A stretch of DNA of 64,000 nt, from the NCBI GenBank assembly GCA_964344355.1, contig CAYFNE010000003.1, positions 3,068 to 67,067 of the forward strand. Direction: 5' to 3'. The stretch comes from an uncultured Magnetococcales bacterium. Its GTDB lineage: Bacteria; Pseudomonadota; Magnetococcia; Magnetococcales; CAYFNE01. The translations under genes were made by a program, and so were the position numbers. The notes beneath the pieces were generated by a model. The model was given only the letters and a program-made list of their open reading frames with translations. It ran no database searches and was not told the DNA's origin. This document shows positions 61,739-64,000 of the stretch, piece by piece. Positions within the stretch are counted from its first letter, which is position 1; every line of letters starts with the position of its first letter.

Positions 61739-62269
61739 TCACATGCCGGCCATCAACCGCACGGTGATGATGCCTTTTTCCAGGTCCACGCCGCGCACCA
61801 CCTCATCGATCAAGGGCAGCAACCGTTCGCCGCCTCCGGGTTCACGAACGATGATCACATCATTGGCCCCGGTGGCGATCAGGTTTTCCACGACGCCCAG
61901 GGGTTCCGCCATTTCGGTCACCACCGACAAACCCAGCAGATCGTCCCAATAGTAAACCCCCTCCTCCAACGGCGGCAATTGATCGCGCGGCAGCCAGATG
62001 TCCAACCCGGTCAGGGTTCGAGCCGCTTCCGGCGAATCGATCCCTTCCAGGCGCACCAGCAGCGAATCCTTGTGGGACCGGCCCGAAAGCAACCGGATCC
62101 CCCGGTCGGGCGGGGCCTCCGCTCCCAGCCACAGGGTGGTCCGTTGCAGAAGGTGGTCCGGACCGATGTCCGAGGGACGGACGCGGATTTCGCCGCGCAC
62201 ACCGAACGGTTTCATCAGACGTCCGACGGCGATCCAACGGATCGTATCGGCGGCTCGTTCCCGGTTCAT
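61739..62269 (-). CDS. rimM: 16S rRNA processing protein RimM
   Basis: IAVGRLMKPFGVRGEIRV...VYYWDDLLGLSV. ATG at 62269 lies inside the longer track ORF. Confidence 0.85.
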   Translation of the reverse strand: MNRERAADTIRWIAVGRLMKPFGVRGEIRVRPSDIGPDHLLQRTTLWLGAEAPPDRGIRLLSGRSHKDSLLVRLEGIDSPEAARTLTGLDIWLPRDQLPPLEEGVYYWDDLLGLSVVTEMAEPLGVVENLIATGANDVIIVREPGGGERLLPLIDEVVRGVDLEKGIITVRLMAGM

Positions 62270-62286
62270 CCCTTTTGGGACGACCG

Positions 62287-62553
62287 TCAGGCGCCCGCCT
62301 CTTCGCCGACCGGGACCGCTTCGGCCTTCTTGATCAATCCCGCCACCGTCGTCGAGGGGGTGGCGCCGACACCCAGCCAATGGTTGACCCGCTCCAGGTC
62401 CATCTGGATGGTGCCATCGTTGTTACGGGGATCATAGGTGCCCAGTTTTTCCAGAAAACGACCGTCCCGGGGCATCCGGGAGTCTGCCGCGACGATGGCG
62501 TAGAAGGGGCGTTTCTTGGAACCTCTGCGCTGCATGCGAATGCGAACCGACAT
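62287..62553 (-). CDS. rpsP: 30S ribosomal protein S16
   Basis: [45 protein letters not shown] at 62553. Confidence 0.95.
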   Translation of the reverse strand: MSVRIRMQRRGSKKRPFYAIVAADSRMPRDGRFLEKLGTYDPRNNDGTIQMDLERVNHWLGVGATPSTTVAGLIKKAEAVPVGEEAGA

Positions 62554-62669
62554 CAAGCCTACCTTTCCAAATACGTTGAACCGGTTGCCCACTCCCTGGG
62601 AGTGGTTCACCGGATTGTGCGTTTTGCGTTGCAATTCACCATGTGGTCAATACCAAAAATAACCGCATC

Positions 62670-62697
62670 ATCTTATGGGAAATTTTGACCACGTCAA
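62670..62697 (-). promoter_or_regulatory. Candidate sigma-70 promoter of the rpsP-rimM-trmD-rplS operon
   Basis: On the minus strand: TTGACG (62697-62692), a 16-nt spacer, then TAAGAT (62675-62670), about 115 nt upstream of the rpsP ATG. Confidence 0.3.
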
Positions 62698-63347
62698 GTA
62701 TTCAACGCCATGGATGGAGATATTTTTTCCGATGGGGTGACCCGTTTTTCCAAAGGGAGGATGATTCGGTCGTATCGGAGGGGAAGTTGGTCTTTTCCCG
62801 TTCAAGTCCCCTCCGAGGCATAAAGCCTGGAGAGGACCCGAGGGAGAGGAGATAACGCCATGCTCCGGGAATTCCCGCCGCTTCTTTTCCAATCAGGTTG
62901 ACCAGGGTCGATTTATTATCCGTTTGATGGAAAGTACGACCGGGAAAACCGCAGCTGGCTGTTGCAGAAAAACAATGCAAACCGTGGACCAACAGTTTGC
63001 AGATCAGTCGGAACCCCTGACAACCTTTTGTCAAAAAACGGTTTTTTAGGGTTATTGCCATTTTTTGTCTTGGACGGGAACAACATCGATGTCATTGGAA
63101 TCAACCTGACACGGAAAAAACTTCCCACTCCACCATCAAAAAAAACCTCGTCAGCTGGATGCGGTGACGGGCATTTGGCGGGATTGCGACGCATGTGGGA
63201 AAGCATCAAGGAACTGGCTGTCAGCCGATTCCGGGAACCCCCCGTTGAAGAGCGCCAGGAGGAAGATGCCTATGGATGTGGTTGAGATGGGGAAAAAGCC
63301 AAGATAACCCGAAATGAATCCGCGTGGGTACCATGTGGGTACCGGAA

Positions 63348-63373
63348 CGAAAAACGCCACCCCGAAGGATGGC
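63348..63373 (-). terminator. Rho-independent terminator downstream of tRNA-Val
   Basis: On the minus strand: GCCATCC-TTCG-GGGTGGC (7-bp stem with one G-U pair, tetraloop), followed by GTTTTTCG. Confidence 0.6.
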
Positions 63374-63391
63374 GTAAATCATTGAAAAATA

Positions 63392-63466
<75 letters not shown>

Positions 63467-63586
63467 GGATCAACAATGAGCCGCGACTTTAAACCTTTTC
63501 CGGGCCGGCGTCAAGAGTCCGATCCACGTTCGTTTCATCCTCTCGCCGAAAAAACCGTCCCCTGAAAAACGGCTGCGCAATGCCGG

Positions 63587-64000
63587 TTATCTTTTTCGAT
63601 ATCCCGCCATCAATGAGGGCTGTTGGAAACAGTCGATCAGGGTGATGTTTTCAAACCCCGCCGCCAGCATCCAGGCGCGGATCTCGTCGAAGGTGTAACA
63701 GTTGCCGCGTTCGGTGTGTACCAGCATGTTCACGGCGAACAGCGCCCGGTCCGGTGGCCGGGTCCGATCCGGTTCGATGAGCGATTCGTGGATGAGCAAC
63801 AGCCCTCCGGGAACCATGGCGTCGTGTACCCGCTCCAGCAACGTCCGGTTTTCCGTCGCACCCTCCACATGCAGAACGTTGGAGATCAGGGCGGCGTCAT
63901 ACCCCTCTCCCAGGTCCGGTGTTTCCGGGGCGAAAAAGTCGGCTTTTTTGAGTTGGATGCGATCGCCGGCGGGATCCCGGGCGATGAACTCCCGCGCGGT
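63587..64000 (-). CDS. Class I SAM-dependent (O-)methyltransferase; N-terminus lies beyond the right edge
   Basis: The frame is open to the window edge: ...TAREFIARDPAGDRIQLKKADFFAPETPDLGEGYDAALISNVLHVEGATENRTLLERVHDAMVPGGLLLIHESLIEPD... Confidence 0.75.
   Translation of the reverse strand, partial: TAREFIARDPAGDRIQLKKADFFAPETPDLGEGYDAALISNVLHVEGATENRTLLERVHDAMVPGGLLLIHESLIEPDRTRPPDRALFAVNMLVHTERGNCYTFDEIRAWMLAAGFENITLIDCFQQPSLMAGYRKR

Noticed and set aside
62702-63285. 119-aa (minus) and 107-aa (plus) ORFs between rpsP and tRNA-Val
   Set aside because: They overlap each other, lack SD sequences, have odd Cys/Arg/Pro-rich composition and contain no recognisable motifs. I treat the region as non-coding.
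62701-63390. SRP (4.5S) RNA, which often lies near the ffh-rpsP region
   Set aside because: I could not find the conserved GGUCAGGUCCGGAAGGAAGCAGCC-type helix-8 motif on either strand.

Overview
This 64-kb window comes from a GC-rich chromosome, probably proteobacterial. Core-gene lines I counted by hand are about 68-70% GC. All family calls rest on motif recognition in hand or ORF-track translations; no searches were run. About half of the window is housekeeping genes: gatCAB, thiO-like, mnmA, metG, pepN, fabD, hpt, accBC, aroQ, rnhB, rplS-trmD-rimM-rpsP, cspA and tRNA-Val(GAC). The rest is envelope and signalling genes:
- A lipoprotein adhesin of at least 1697 aa that runs off the left edge and is missing from the ORF track.
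- Two AsmA/YhdP-family proteins.
- Two class III nucleotide cyclases, a GAF-GAF-HD-GYP protein and a stand-alone cNMP-binding protein.
- A 12-kb minus-strand operon: DUF560-like OMP, FecR-like protein, CHASE2 hybrid kinase, RR with HD-like output, a paralogous CHASE2 hybrid kinase, RR-GGDEF.

The main accessory feature is a low-GC (33-52% in counted lines) two-gene insertion after fabD (41.3-43.3 kb). It pairs a small basic toxin-like ORF, translationally coupled, with a 494-aa protein carrying an ImmA/IrrE HEMAH metallopeptidase. I consider it a candidate new toxin-antitoxin or defence module.

Other points worth a second look:
- Two ORF-free, low-GC, strand-asymmetric GGA-rich stretches (34.28-34.79 kb, with nested 150-bp and 35-bp tandem repeats, and 62.70-63.37 kb).
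- Two apparent one-base frameshifts in C/G homopolymers, in the AsmA-like gene and in one CHASE2 kinase.

I saw no rRNA, CRISPR array, transposase or integrase. Many long ORFs in the track are antisense shadows of real genes, as is typical for high-GC DNA.
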